This document shows positions 23,851-36,874 of a DNA stretch of 64,000 nt, in pieces. A model generated the notes under the pieces. The model saw only the letters and a list, made by a program, of their open reading frames with translations, was not told where the DNA came from and did no database searches. This DNA comes from Magallana gigas (Eukaryota). Within the stretch, counting starts at the first letter, position 1, and every line of letters begins with the position of its first letter. Location: positions 5,084,001-5,148,000 of the forward strand of contig NC_088859.1 in assembly GCF_963853765.1 (NCBI RefSeq). The letters run 5' to 3'. Made by a program: the position numbers and the translations under genes.

Positions 23851-26800
23851 CTCTCTCGTTACCCTTGATCTGGTTTATAAGGTTTCGTGTTATTCAGTCA
23901 TGTCTTTTTATCTAACTCTGCAGATTTATTTCGTTGCTTCCGTAAATAACTGAAAATATTTTCTTTCCATCAATTATTAAGCAAAGGCCAATCAATTTTT
24001 ATCTAGTCTTTGACCTACATTTGTTTATTTATTTACACAGCTCGCATAAACCAGACAGTGTGAAGCCATTTGTACTGGAGGAACCATCAAAGAAAGCCAA
24101 GGCACAGTAGTGGGATGACCCCTGACCCCAGTAAAGGGCTGCCCCCTGCCCGCAATACATCCCCAGGGTAGATCTGGCTCTGACTTCTTGTAAACTTAGG
24201 TATTTGACTTGGCTTTTCCTCCTCTTGGACCAGGATCTAGACACAATTTACAATAAACAGGGTAACAGGAGGGAAGCCTGTAAGGAACTGTTGTGTGCAA
24301 TATTATCATCTTGTTGGAGTTAACAACATCTTTATTGTTATGATAAACCAATGTCTGTTTTAAGTACACTGGTGTGTATTGTTAGCTTTAAGATGTGGAT
24401 ATACTGCACACGTGTCAAGAATCTATAATAATACTCTTGAGTTTTTGATAAGTACATGTTATTATTATTTTTGATACATGTACAACGTAGCTGTACCGTA
24501 GCAGAAATAGTCTCCTTCTGATTGTCCTTTATCCCTGGGTGATTTACATGTAAAAGACAAAAGTTGTACTGAATGTATATTTTCCTGTACAACTGCAATG
24601 AAAAACTAATTCCATGAATAAGGTCCAAGTAAAAGATTTATAAGCTGTACGCAGCGTTTGATGGTGCAAAATTTTCTTTTTTTTCTGTTTGGTTTTTTTC
24701 ATCTAATCAATGAAGAATATTTTTAATGCCAATGTTTTTCCTAATGACCAACCGTTAATATATCTTGTTCCGATTAGAGTCAATGTTCACCGCCTACCAG
24801 CTGTAGGGACACTTGTTATCTTAACATCTCCTAACGAACCTAGCATTTACAGTAACCTGCTTTTTCATTGTGTGGTATGTTTAATACCCTGCTCAAAGTT
24901 TGAATGGTGATATCTAGTGATGAAAAACAGGCCTCTAAGCTTTCAGCTGATATTTTAGTAATACATGTACACTAAAAAAAATTCATTACATTATTATAAA
25001 TTGTTTAATTAAAACTGCAATATTCTAGTACTGAATGAACAAAAAACCGTTCTGTGTTCAAGGAACATCATATCAATGATTTCTTATGAGAGATTATTGT
25101 ATATGAATGTATATTTATATATCAAATTCCAAATTCCAAAAAAACAAAGGACATTTAAACAATCTTAAGATATGCCATATTCTTTTCAGATGATTTTCAT
25201 TTGTTGACAGACATTTAAACATTCCTTGATGTTGTTTTAAGCATTTGTGATATGTTTTCAGACTTTCACATTAACATAATCTGTGTCTGTTAGGGTCAAT
25301 CTAAGGTCATTGTATGAAGGTCACATGTCCTTCTACAATATTTACATCTCTCCAGAACTAAGTCTATTTTACTCTCATTACGGTATGTTTTTTGTGTTGT
25401 AAATTGTTGTTTCATACAATCAAAAAAATAGGATTGAAACAAAGCTGTTGAAACTTTTGTTGAAAATATATGTTTTATTAAGTTTACCAAGTTAACATTG
25501 CACAAACATATATGTTTTGAAATGTGATATTTGTCCACTGTGATATTCTCTGTTAACAGAATGTTCACTATTTAATACCTTTGTTAGTGTTACCATGGCG
25601 ATTTTCATTCGACCAGTAATAAGGGCCAACTTTCCAATTTTCTATGCAAAAAACTTAGTGTATATTTAGGACTGATTTGTATTGAAGTAGTTTGCAAAAA
25701 AGGGCAAAAATAACCCTGTTTACAGTATTTCAAAAAGGTAATGAAAGTTAGATATAGATGATTAAAGTAAGGATGTACTGGTAATTAAAATTTCTCTAAT
25801 TTTGTTAATTAAATTAAATGCCTAACATGAATTTTAATTCACTATCCTCTTTTGTTAGAGTTCTGAGCATTCAAAAGGAAAATTCTACTGTATTTTTGAT
25901 GAATGCTCTAGTCGATTAATTTTAGTATACTCATCAATGCTCGGCATCGGCACTGCTTTTACGTCTTTTACACCTGCTTGTTTGTGCTTCATTTGAACTG
26001 CTATTGAAACAGGTTGTGATTCAATATTTCTATGCAATTTTTTTATGGCTATTATTTTTTTTAATGAAGTTGATATACAAGTAAATATACTTTCACTGTT
26101 ATATATGTCTTTGGCTTTTTTACTTTAAGATTTACATGTACTTATATTTTTGATCATTTTTTTTCTCTAAAGAAAACTGGTGTGCTTCAGAAACTATGCT
26201 ATGAACACTGATGATAATTTATTTTAGTCTGACTCTATATTGTGTTTTTTCATCTACTGATATTGTAATTATTGATTTTCTACCTGTTTCGGACCCTTAA
26301 AAACCTGATATTATTTGGATCATGTCTATTACATTTCAAAATTAAGTTCAGAGGTTAATTATCTGCCATGATTTGAAGTTTAACTGCAGTGACTCAGCTT
26401 TTGTTACAGTGGTTTTTTGTGCAGTTTTTAGATGTTGTAGTTTTGTGCCATTTGGTGTATTTGTATTCTTAAAAACAGCTAGGTTATGGCAGATAAGTCT
26501 GGGCTGTGCTGAGATCTAAGTAATGAATGTAAAGATTCTGCTTGTGTGTAGGGGCTGGGGTAAAATTGAAGTAAAGTTAGGATAGCCCAGACTGATCTTG
26601 CATCGAAATTCAGCTATTTCTGATATGATTGCTAACTACGCCAAACAAAATGTGGTGTACATTGTGTGCATGCATGTAATCTTATCTGTATAATATTTAT
26701 TTTATCATAATTTTTTTTTTTTTCAATGAAACACCTCTAGTCTTATAATAAAATAGATCTGTATTTACAATAATTTAGTAAATTCAATTTCTGGTTATTT

Positions 26801-29800
26801 TAATAAAATAGATATAAAAACAATTAGTGTTTTATTTTGTTGTTTATGATAAGAGTGTCTCAGCAATGCCAGGAAATGTGTACATGACGTCACCGTTTTG
26901 AGCTCAGTCAACCTCAGGTGAGCTAAAAAAGATATTAATAAAGGTAATCAATTTATTTTAAAACTTTATTTTTATTAAAATATGTTGGCAATTTTCATTT
27001 GATAAATATTATTAATGATTACACATGTTTTCGTCAAAGAAAAATAGTATTTTACCGTGCGTGATTTCCAGCGCTAGAGTTACATGTACCTACCCATATT
27101 GATTTGGCGGGGGAAAAATTATTTTTAGAAACTACTAACTCTTACCTATCAATCTAGTACATAGAATAAATACCTTACCAGGCATCATTTTTTGGTCAAT
27201 TGTACATTGGATACCTTAATTGGCATAATAAAATTTGAATTTATGAGTAGATTCAATATATTATGCATAATTTCTAGAATAGAGGTGACCCAAAATGGCT
27301 TCCCCAAAACACAGGAACAAACCTCCTTAAAAGGAGAAAAACGTTATTGTCCACAAACTTTCTGGACAGCCGTTGTATATGGTTAACAGAGGTTTTTAAA
27401 AAAACCTTCAATTTATACCACTGTATGATGTGCAGTTAATGAATTTGAATAGAAAGGTAACGTATGATACGCACATTAATGTTGGTTTGAAACAAACTGG
27501 TTCTGCTGATACTGGCAAGAGAAGTTTATAATTCAAGAAAGGCAAAATTTTAGTAGGATATTAATTTGATGTTGAAAGAATAATTGACAATTTCTGTATG
27601 GTGTGTTTTGATGTTTGTAGGTCAAGTTGTCAGTGAGCGACACAGTAAAGCCGACAAGATGGGGGATTGGGGCAAGAGAATCACGGTGGAGGAGGTCCTT
27701 AAACTGGTGCCCCTGCAAGGTAAGGACCAAACACAAACCTCTTTACAACAGAATTATTCTTTATTTGAAGGAGGCTGGGTGGTCAACAAACTAACCGTCA
27801 ATATTTCCTTCAATTTTCAGAAATGAATTGTTTGGTTATTGACTATTAAATATTCCAAATATTTTAGATTTAATTGAATATGTGATATATTTTTATACAG
27901 AGCTCTTCTTATTTGGAGATTATAATAGTCTAAAAATTGTCATGAATATCTGTCCCTCTTAATATTATGATGTTATGCAGCATCAGTGGTAAAGCTCCAC
28001 CAGCCATGATCACTTCGTTAGGATTATTATTGAATGCTTTTGAAATAAATATGGTTAATCAATCCTGTAGCAAGGCACACACAAGTTAAAATAATATAAC
28101 TGTTTTGGTGTCTGTAGCATTCCAAGATATTAGGTACAACCTGCTGATATTAAAATGCAGACATTTCAACTAATCAGAGCTTAACATTTTAAAAACTAAA
28201 TAGACTGGTGTTTTCTATGATATATAGACATATGATGGTTACCCTTTGATTTATGATTTATATGATACAGATTCTAAGTGTCCTTGGTCTACCAATGACA
28301 GTAAGCGACAGGAGTTCTGTTATAAGGTCGAGGGGTACGGCCGAGTGTGTGACTGTGACGACTCCGCCCCGCTCACATTCCATCCACCTAAGGTAGAAAA
28401 TATCACCTAGTCATTATCAGTTAAAAAAAGATAAACATGGACAATTTTAAGAAAATAAATCAAGGCCACACCGATTTGTAAAATAATTCTTCAGATTTTC
28501 AGTATAAGTAATTGGGGTAGAAAATAATAAGGCGAGCTAAAATTAGTAATATTTAAATTAATATTTGTGATTTCGAAAAGTATTCAAGCTCAACGAATCA
28601 TAAAGAGCGTATCGACTTCCATCACCCCATATTAAAGTCTAAAGTTATATAAAAGTTCCAAGAAGAGCTAGATTTGTCAACCAGGGTATTTGTATCATAT
28701 TGCATGAGAGTGGGAAATTCAAATTATATTTACAACTTCTTTATTTAAACAATATTTTATTATGCAATATATAAAATTAAGGGATGGGATAGCAGGCATT
28801 GCCTATTTAAATTCTCTCTGACATACAAGGTCAGCCTCTGTACCACTGAAGGCTTATACATGGCTATTGCGTTTGTCTTGATTTATTATACAAAGTTCAT
28901 AAAGCTACACTTATCATCATGTGTGCTTAGTTTGCTTTTTATTGAGTTTTTATGCAGGTTACACTAGTGGTTGAGTTTTATAATAAGTATATTTACTAAG
29001 CATTAGAAATTTGCATATATACATGTAATTATAACTCTACTGGTTTTCTTAGATGTTTACCAGTTTTTAACTCTGTCTCAGACATACTTCGTTAATGTGA
29101 AAATCTATTTTTTTTTCAAAATCTGTGTTTTTCTTTTTGTAGATAGCTTTTTTAGAAGCCATTGTGGTCCAAAATTCTTGTCCATTTTAAAATCAAGAGT
29201 GACTTGAAGAAACATCTTTTTTAAAGACTGATGATTGATAATTTTTCACACGCTTTATACAGAACATGCTTTATATTAAATGATATAAGAAGCCACTACG
29301 GTATGATGATATTCTCATCGGGAAAAGAAAACTTTTTCTATTATCAAATAATGACTGAAAACAAAATTTTGACTTCGCCATAAAAGTAAACTTGAATTGC
29401 ATTCAATTTGTACTATTTTTGCACCAGTACTGGTAAGTACTGCATGATTTGTCATAATCATGTATCGGTAAACATCATTTCTTATATTAAAAAAGAATAT
29501 ATACAAACTACTTCTAATCCTTATTTTTCATAATTAGCAAATAAACCTAAGTTTATGAACAATGGCAATTGATAAAGTATTTGCATTCAAAGAATTTTTT
29601 ATACAATTGCTTAAGGAAGGAGTCTTTGACACACCAATATATTTATTTATTTGATACGTCTATAAAAAAAAAACCCCTTTTTAATACATTTGGCATGCGT
29701 TTAATATGATAATTATATTCTACATCAACTGAGACCAAATATTTTAAGCTCTAGAATAATACGTTTGCAGCCAAAACAATATTTCCCGTTTCTCTGAAAA

Positions 29801-30916
29801 AAGAAAATAAAATTCATTAGAAGTAATTGAATGCTGATATCGGACTCTTTTTTTGTGAAATCATATTAAAAAAAAGATTCTTTAACTATCCATCACATAA
29901 AATTTTGGTGTTTCAAGAAACCGTGATATGTGTTTTGAAGAAAAAAACCCAAACTTGCATATAAAAAAAATATTTTAGTTAACTTTATAGTTAGTTTTTC
30001 TTGGAATAAGAGTACCGTACTATGCTCGGTCCAAGATATTTATGTAACACATTTTCATAAATTATTTCAAATTCAAAAATTCCTTAGAATTCAAGCAGTG
30101 TTCATTCGATTCACTATGAAAAAATCCATTGGTTTCTCTATTGAAATGGGGCTTGTCAAATATCATGCATAGCTAAAGATACAAATTTTACTGGGATTTT
30201 ACATGGCAGGTGACATGAAGATACATGGACAAAAATGTTAAAAAAAATTATACAAGGTGTTCCTATTGACTTCCAAATGATTAAGTTGTCAATATTATTC
30301 CCATGAGATTTTTGTTTTTGTTCAGGTGAATTTCTTTGAAAATAGATGAGGTGTCAATGAAGAAATCTTGATTTTTTTCCCTTTCATCAATTTCATTTGT
30401 ATTTCTCTGACTAGCTGTAGAATTGCATCTTCATAGGAAATTTGGGTTGATAGACCATCATCCTGAATATACTTCCCATTGAGTTATTCTTTTACAGCAA
30501 TGTGCATTTTTGTTAAAAATCGGGAAAAGTGACAGAAATATTAACTTGGGACTGACTTTAAATGACTCGATCAATGACTCATTTTTTGTTACATGTAAAC
30601 TGTATATAAAGCATTATAAAAATTGGACATTTAAAATTGGATGATATATAACATCTACTTGTGTATCTAATATCTTCCTGGTACAACCATCCAACCAATC
30701 ATTTGTTGTTATCAGTGATATTCTGTCAGGCCAGGTTTTCTTATTTCACTATTCATTGATCTTATATACGGTATCACTTTGAAACCAGCAATCAAATATG
30801 TAGACTTATCAAAGACAATAAAACACACAGCAAAACAAAATGAAAGTATGATAAAATAAAATTCCTGCAGCTAAAAATAGCATAAAAGTTCTACAGGTGT
30901 AGAGTTCACCTTTAAA

Positions 30917-33114
30917 ATGGAGTCTTTCCCAGTTGAAATGTAAGTTCATTCAAATATTCTTATAATTTTCATTTTAAAATGTAAACACAACATTATTGGT
31001 ACATTTTCTATCTAAATGTATGAACAATATTAATTACAAATTGACAATTGTTCTAAACAATACACACATCTAATTCTAACAGATATGAGGGACTCCAGCA
31101 CATGTCAGAGTCAGTGTTTGTGGGACTGTGTGAGATACTGGGGACCTCACAACAGGTGACCCTCAGGAGGGAAACAGAGGATATCACAGATATGATGAAG
31201 AGACGATTGATTACTTATGATGAGAACATTGAGATGTTGAGTGGAAGTCAGAGAGAAGGGTTCAGGCTGTATGAATCAGATGTGGACGTAATGTACTGGC
31301 AAAACAACCAACGAGTGATCATGGACATGTCTCAGTCTGAGTATTACAACACAGGCAATACAACCTTGATTCTCTCTGACAGTTCTGAGAGTCCACCAGG
31401 ATTCACTCTACTTCAGTTACTGACACCAACAACCAGAGACATTCAATCAGCATGTGTCAGAATGAATGACAGAGTCTATATATCTAGTTCTATGTACAGA
31501 CAGTTAACTTGTTCTATAGCAATACCTAATTCTACTGTACATGGCCCCTGTGGTAGTGGTAATATAGCAGGGAGAGTAGAATATGACACTGCTCACTGTT
31601 TTGTTTCTGACTTTTGGCCTCTGTCTGCCTCCTCATGGATAAACAGATGTCACACATGGCCTGATCCTGAAGTTGTCAATGACATTGTCAAAAATGGGTG
31701 TCACTTTGTAGCAATAGGACACCCATTTGGACCCCTTGAATATGAAGAATGGAGAATTTCTTTTTCACGAGCAGAGTATAAATGTGTATCAGCAATGAAC
31801 CACAGCCAGTTTTTGACTTATGGATTGTTAAAGCTGTTCCTAAAAGAAGTTATCAATCAACAATCAGAAGAAACCAATAAACTGCTGTGTTTCTATCACA
31901 TGAAGACAACAATTTTCTGGGCAATTCAACAAAACACACTACCTCACTGGTGTCCACAAAATTTCCTAGCCGGTTTCTGGGTCTGCTTTAAACTCCTCCT
32001 TAAATGGGTGTACGAGGGAATCTGTCCTAACTTTTTCATCCCACAAAACAACCTGTTTCTGACAAAGATCAATGGCTCAGCACAAACCAGACTGTTCCTA
32101 CAGTTACATGAATTGTACAAGAAAGGTCTAGCCTGTCTGTTACAGAGTTCCTCTATCAGGTCCTACATCATTGATGTCCTGTACAATCCTAGAGCTTTTG
32201 TTTGTACAGATGAAAGTTTGGTGTTTATGTCTGAACTTGATTTTGATGTAGAACTTTTCAACAAAATGAATACTGGGACTAATATTGTATCAGATAAACA
32301 CCAGTGTATAAAAACCATACACTTGATAGAGCAGTGGGTAGATTCACGCCTTACACACTGTCAAGTTGTCATGTTACAGAGACTTACAGCCTCTGTCCTT
32401 CAGACCACTGCATTTATATTACACAACATGTACACTAATACAGGTGTTAACAAACAGATGTATATTGCAGATAAAATGTCCTGTCACATGCTGAAATTAG
32501 CAGCCAAGTTTGGGTGTATTTCTGACATGATGTATAATGCCATGTATTATTACAAGACACTCAGATACAGGGAAGCTTTATCTGTTATAGAGATGACAAA
32601 GGTAAAGTTAGCACAGCCATATCTGATGTATAGGAGACGTGTAGACAGAGAGAGGTATATTGAGGCTCTAGGGGGACAGTCCTGGTCTTTAAAGATGAGA
32701 CAGGCTGTAGCATGGGATATCAAACTTGACAACTACACAGTCTTTTATATCAGTGAACTAATACCAGAACAACAGTCTGCTATTAAGAATAGGTGGCCTA
32801 CATTATATATCCCAGTGTTTGTAATGTTACACTTCCTAGAGTTCTTGTGTTACAGACACATTGATACAACATTATCACAAGCAGCTCTAGATGAGCTACA
32901 AGTCCTAGTCCACCATAATCAGGGACGGTATGTACATTATCTATGCAGAGACATCTACTGGGAGATCCTGGGGATCTGTCAACAGATGACAGGGAACCTC
33001 CAGGCTGCTCTATACTCTTACCAACGGTCACTCACACAATATCAATGGAACAAAATACAAGGTGCTACACAGAGGAGAATTCAGGATATGATTCAGTCAA
33101 CACCATACCAGTAA
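30917..33114 (+). CDS. cGAS-like receptor (cGLR / Mab-21 nucleotidyltransferase) with C-terminal TPR-like helical tail, paralog B, intact, ~684 aa (exons 30917-30939 + 31083-33114)
   Basis: 670-aa uninterrupted ORF: SGSQREG...SDVDVM, VEYDTAHCF, GCHFVAIG, EWRISFSRAE, FYHMKT, CPNFFIPQNNLF. The tail has TPR-like segments YNAMYYYKTLRYREALSVIE and IYWEILGICQQMTGNLQAALYSYQRSL. Confidence 0.92.
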
Positions 33115-34241
33115 TGAAATTATAGCCATTAACAAAACAAACTTTGTACTTAGACATTCCAAGTCATTCATCCTATATTCACAATAACTTAGATTTAAGC
33201 GTTCAATGAATACATATTTTATATATAATTCAATGTTTATTTCTTTTATATATCTTTATATCGTTGCTTTAAAGCCATTATATACATGTATGTTTTTTGT
33301 CAGGAATATGAATATATATAAAAATTATTATTTCATCCACCGAGTATGATTCCCTCTATTTCTTACGAAAACTTACTGTAATTCATAGTTCTGTAGAAAC
33401 TGACAGGGCTGAAGTCTACAAACCTGTTTATTGATTGATGGAAACATACAGCAACCTAAGAAAAATCACGGACTGTATGAAATAATCATGATGATGTCAG
33501 ACTCAAATTCCTGTAGGAGATGATTTGGCTGTTTCTTTAAGCTTATGTACTGATGTACATTAACAGTAATTAAGTTAACTTTACTTACCTTTTACAATAA
33601 ATTTATAAATTTGTTGAAAGAAAATGTAGATATAAACATAAATATATATAAAGATAGCAATCATTGCATAAAAAACTTACATAACCCATAATGTGGATTA
33701 TGTATTTTTTCTGCAATGTTGCCACCTTCATATCCCGCATGAATCACAAAAGAAAGCATTTTATTGTTTAAATTAGCATTTCTGCAGGTAAAAATATAGT
33801 TTCAGATGCTGGATGAGGTTAAGGTTTTTGGAGCTGGTAAAAGTTTTTGGAGCTGGCGTCCTTTGAATAGATGATGCATCTTGTGATACTGATGGACTCC
33901 ACAGGTTTAAATGCTGAATCTGGGCCATAGGTTTTAGATGCTGAAGGAGTTTAAGTTTTTTGGAGTTTAAGTTTTTTGGAGTAGCAGCAGGATCGCAGAC
34001 TTAAGTACTCGCGTAATATAAGGAATTTACAGTATTTCTTTAGTAAAATCAATACCTTTGTAAGTTTTTATATATAAGTCACCTGTGTTTAATTTTATTT
34101 TTGGTCATAAATTTACATCTGTTTTTATAGATTCATATATTTTCAATTTTAAAACTAAAAACATTTATGTGTTTTGATGTACATGTATATGTTATATTCC
34201 GTATTACAAATGTCAGATGAACAAATGCATAAATAACTCAT

Positions 34242-35745
34242 TAGGTCTTTCCACCTTTCAGGTGAAAGACCTTTTGTATTCCTTATGTTTTTTATTTTTT
34301 TTCTTCTCTTTTTTTCCAGGGACAGCTTTTTTATTTCAAGAGATATTGAAACAATTTTTTCTTTATGTTATTGGCCATTAAAAGTTATGGTACCAAATGA
34401 CCCTTTGCTTGATAACTCCCAGAACTTACCAAGTTATTGCCCTTGTGTACGAAAAGCTTGTTATCGCTACTCCTCTGAAACCATTAGAGATAGAGATTTG
34501 GAACTTTTACCAATGTCTTCAGTACACTTAGAGGGTTCTTCAATCTACTAACACCGAAATGATCCGAGGCCCCCTTCTATCAGTTATTGCCCCTGAAAGT
34601 ATTTGAATTTCCATAAAATCCCTTCCAACTTTTTTATTATTTATCATAGAGACTTCGGACCACTTGGGATGGAAGCGTCTTCCTTGGCCAAACAAAATGA
34701 CATAAAGGTCAAAGGTCAAGGTCATCTGAAAATCTCTTAATTAATGAGTTTTTAGATCTCTTTTGTTTAGTGTAGTAAAGAAAAAAATGTTTATGGATGT
34801 AATAGAACATCTTAAGACATCTTAAGATATATCCCCTTGGCTCCTTCTTTTAAATAGTTACAGAGTTATTGCCCCTTTTGTACGAAAAGCTTGTTATCGC
34901 TACTCCTCTGAAACCATAAGAGATAGAAACTTGGAACTTTTACCAATGTCTTTAGTACACTTAGAGGGTTTTTCAATCTATTCATACCGAAAGGATCTTA
35001 GCCCCCCTTCAAGTAGTTATTGCCCCTGAAAGTATTTACATTTCTATAAAATCACTTCCAACTTTTTTATTACTTATCATACAGACTTCGGACCACTTGG
35101 GATGGAAGCGTCTACCTTGGATGAACAAAATGATATAAAGGTCAAAGGTCAAGGTCATTTGGAAATCTCTTAATTAATGAGTTTTCAGATGTATTTTGTT
35201 TAGGATGGTAAAGAAACACTTTTTCATGGATGTAGTAGGACATCTTAAGACATTTCAAAATATAACCCTTTGACCCTTACCATGTAACAATTACAGAGTT
35301 ATTGCCCCTATTGTACAAAATGCTTGTTATTGCTACTCCTAATTAACCGTTGGAGATAGAGACTTGAAACTTTTACTAATGTATTCAGTACACTTAGACG
35401 CTCCTTCAATCTATTCATACCGACAGGGTCCAAAGTCCCTTTCTAGCAGTTATTGCCCTTGAAAGTTTCGAACATTCAATAAAAAACACAAAAAACTTTT
35501 GAATCAATAATCATAGATACATCGGACCACTTGGTATTGAAGCGTCTCCCTTGTCCGATGAAAATGACATAAAGGTCAAAGGTCAAGGTTAAGCAATATA
35601 AAATTGCAAACTTAATCGTTTGACCCTTTTATAATGATGTAACGCAGAAAAAATAATTTATTCTATTGAAGCAATCTTATTTCAAACATAAAAAATAATG
35701 AGGTGGAAAGACCTCTAATTGTTCGAGAACAATTAGTCTACTAGT
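34242..35745 (+). mobile_element. 1.5-kb non-autonomous Helitron/Helentron-like element carrying ~3 internal ~432-bp tandem repeats, copy 3 only
   Basis: Inserted in a T-run of ...AACTCA TTT GTATAAT (empty site in the other copies). Subterminal inverted repeat AGGTCTTTCCACCT / AGGTGGAAAGACCT; 3' hairpin CTAATTGTTC-GA-GAACAATTAG; ends ...CTAGT. Internal units start at ~34432, ~34863 and ~35297. Confidence 0.8.
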
Positions 35746-35909
35746 TTGTATAATTATCTTGATGCAAATTTGAATATAAAAATGTAATCTGAATATTTTC
35801 CAGGATTACAGCTGACAAATACGAGGTGATGATAAATGAGATTCTGAAGTCAGGGGTAGTAGTGGACCACAGCAAGGACCCGTGTGATAGCGGGCTGGTC
35901 CCCGACAAN

Positions 35910-36267
35910 NNNNNNNNNNNNNNNNNNNNNNNNNNNNNNNNNNNNNNNNNNNNNNNNNNNNNNNNNNNNNNNNNNNNNNNNNNNNNNNNNNNNNNNNNNN
36001 NNNNNNNNNNNNNNNNNNNNNNNNNNNNNNNNNNNNNNNNNNNNNNNNNNNNNNNNNNNNNNNNNNNNNNNNNNNNNNNNNATATATAATNNNNNNNNNN
36101 NNNNNNNNNNNNNNNNNNNNNNNNNNNNNNNNNNNNNNNNNNNNNNNNNNNNNNNNNNNNNNNNNNNNNNNNNNNNNNNNNNNNNNNNNNNNNNNNNNNN
36201 NNNNNNNNNNNNNNNNNNNNNNNNNNNNNNNNNNNNNNNNNNNNNNNNNNNNNNNNNNNNNNNNNNN
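35910..36267. other. Assembly gap (N run) in the AT-rich minisatellite; second gap at 57599-57727
   Basis: Runs of n. Confidence 1.
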
Positions 36268-36835
36268 TAACTATAGTACATATAGTACATATAGTACATT
36301 ATATATATAACTATAGTACATATAGTACATTATATATATAACTATAGTACATATAGTACATTATATATATAATTATAGTACATATACATGATCACAGCAA
36401 GGATCCGTGTGATAGCGGGCCTGTCCCTGACAACAAGGTATATACATGAAGTAAACATATACATTACTCTAGTACCTGTCCATGAGTGCAGTACGTTGTA
36501 TTTTGTCTATTGTTTATTTTAAGGACTTTTTATAGTTGAATGTTAATTCTGAACTATTTACTTTCTATAGTTAAAAGTACTTATAGTATAAATCAGCAGG
36601 CACTGAGGCTGTGATGCTTAGATAACAGTCATAAAAGAGACAGTCAGTCTGTGATGCTCATCAACAACCTCTATATCCCACCAAAATAAATGCCGGTGGA
36701 CAGTTCTTCTGTTTTAGTTTTCTAAAGACTGTTACTCATTTTAAAACATTTATATTTTGTCTAGGATACTGTACATGTCATGTACATACAGATGCCACAT
36801 CCCACAGATTTTACCACCTGGAAACAACTCGCCAA

Positions 36836-36874
<39 letters not shown>

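Larger units (their letters stand above)
12463..24110 (+). pseudogene. POMGNT1: POMGNT1 5'-truncated copy 2 (exons 12463-12561, 13113-13234, 18879-18949, 19534-19604, 19716-19841, 20165-20223, 20397-20469, 20886-21014, 21267-21457, 22318-22426, 23070-23141, 23556-23597, 23728-23795, 24041-24110); hosts cGLR in an intron
   Basis: First exons read GQVVCERHSKADKMGDWGERITVEEV and SKCPWSTTDSKRQEFCDKVEGYGRVCDCDDPAPLTFHPPK, matching the POMGNT1 stem/linker region. The acceptor at 13111-13112 is AT instead of AG. Exon 19534-19604 lacks 5 bp (frameshift). No further 5' exons were found. Confidence 0.88.

Noticed and set aside
31102-33114. Bacterial CD-NTase/CBASS operon or linked STING/effector gene
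   Set aside because: The context is intron-containing eukaryotic DNA; no effector, STING or Cap-like ORF is visible in the window.
35826-36299. ORFs containing X runs (also 57549..57800)
   Set aside because: Artefacts of N gaps.
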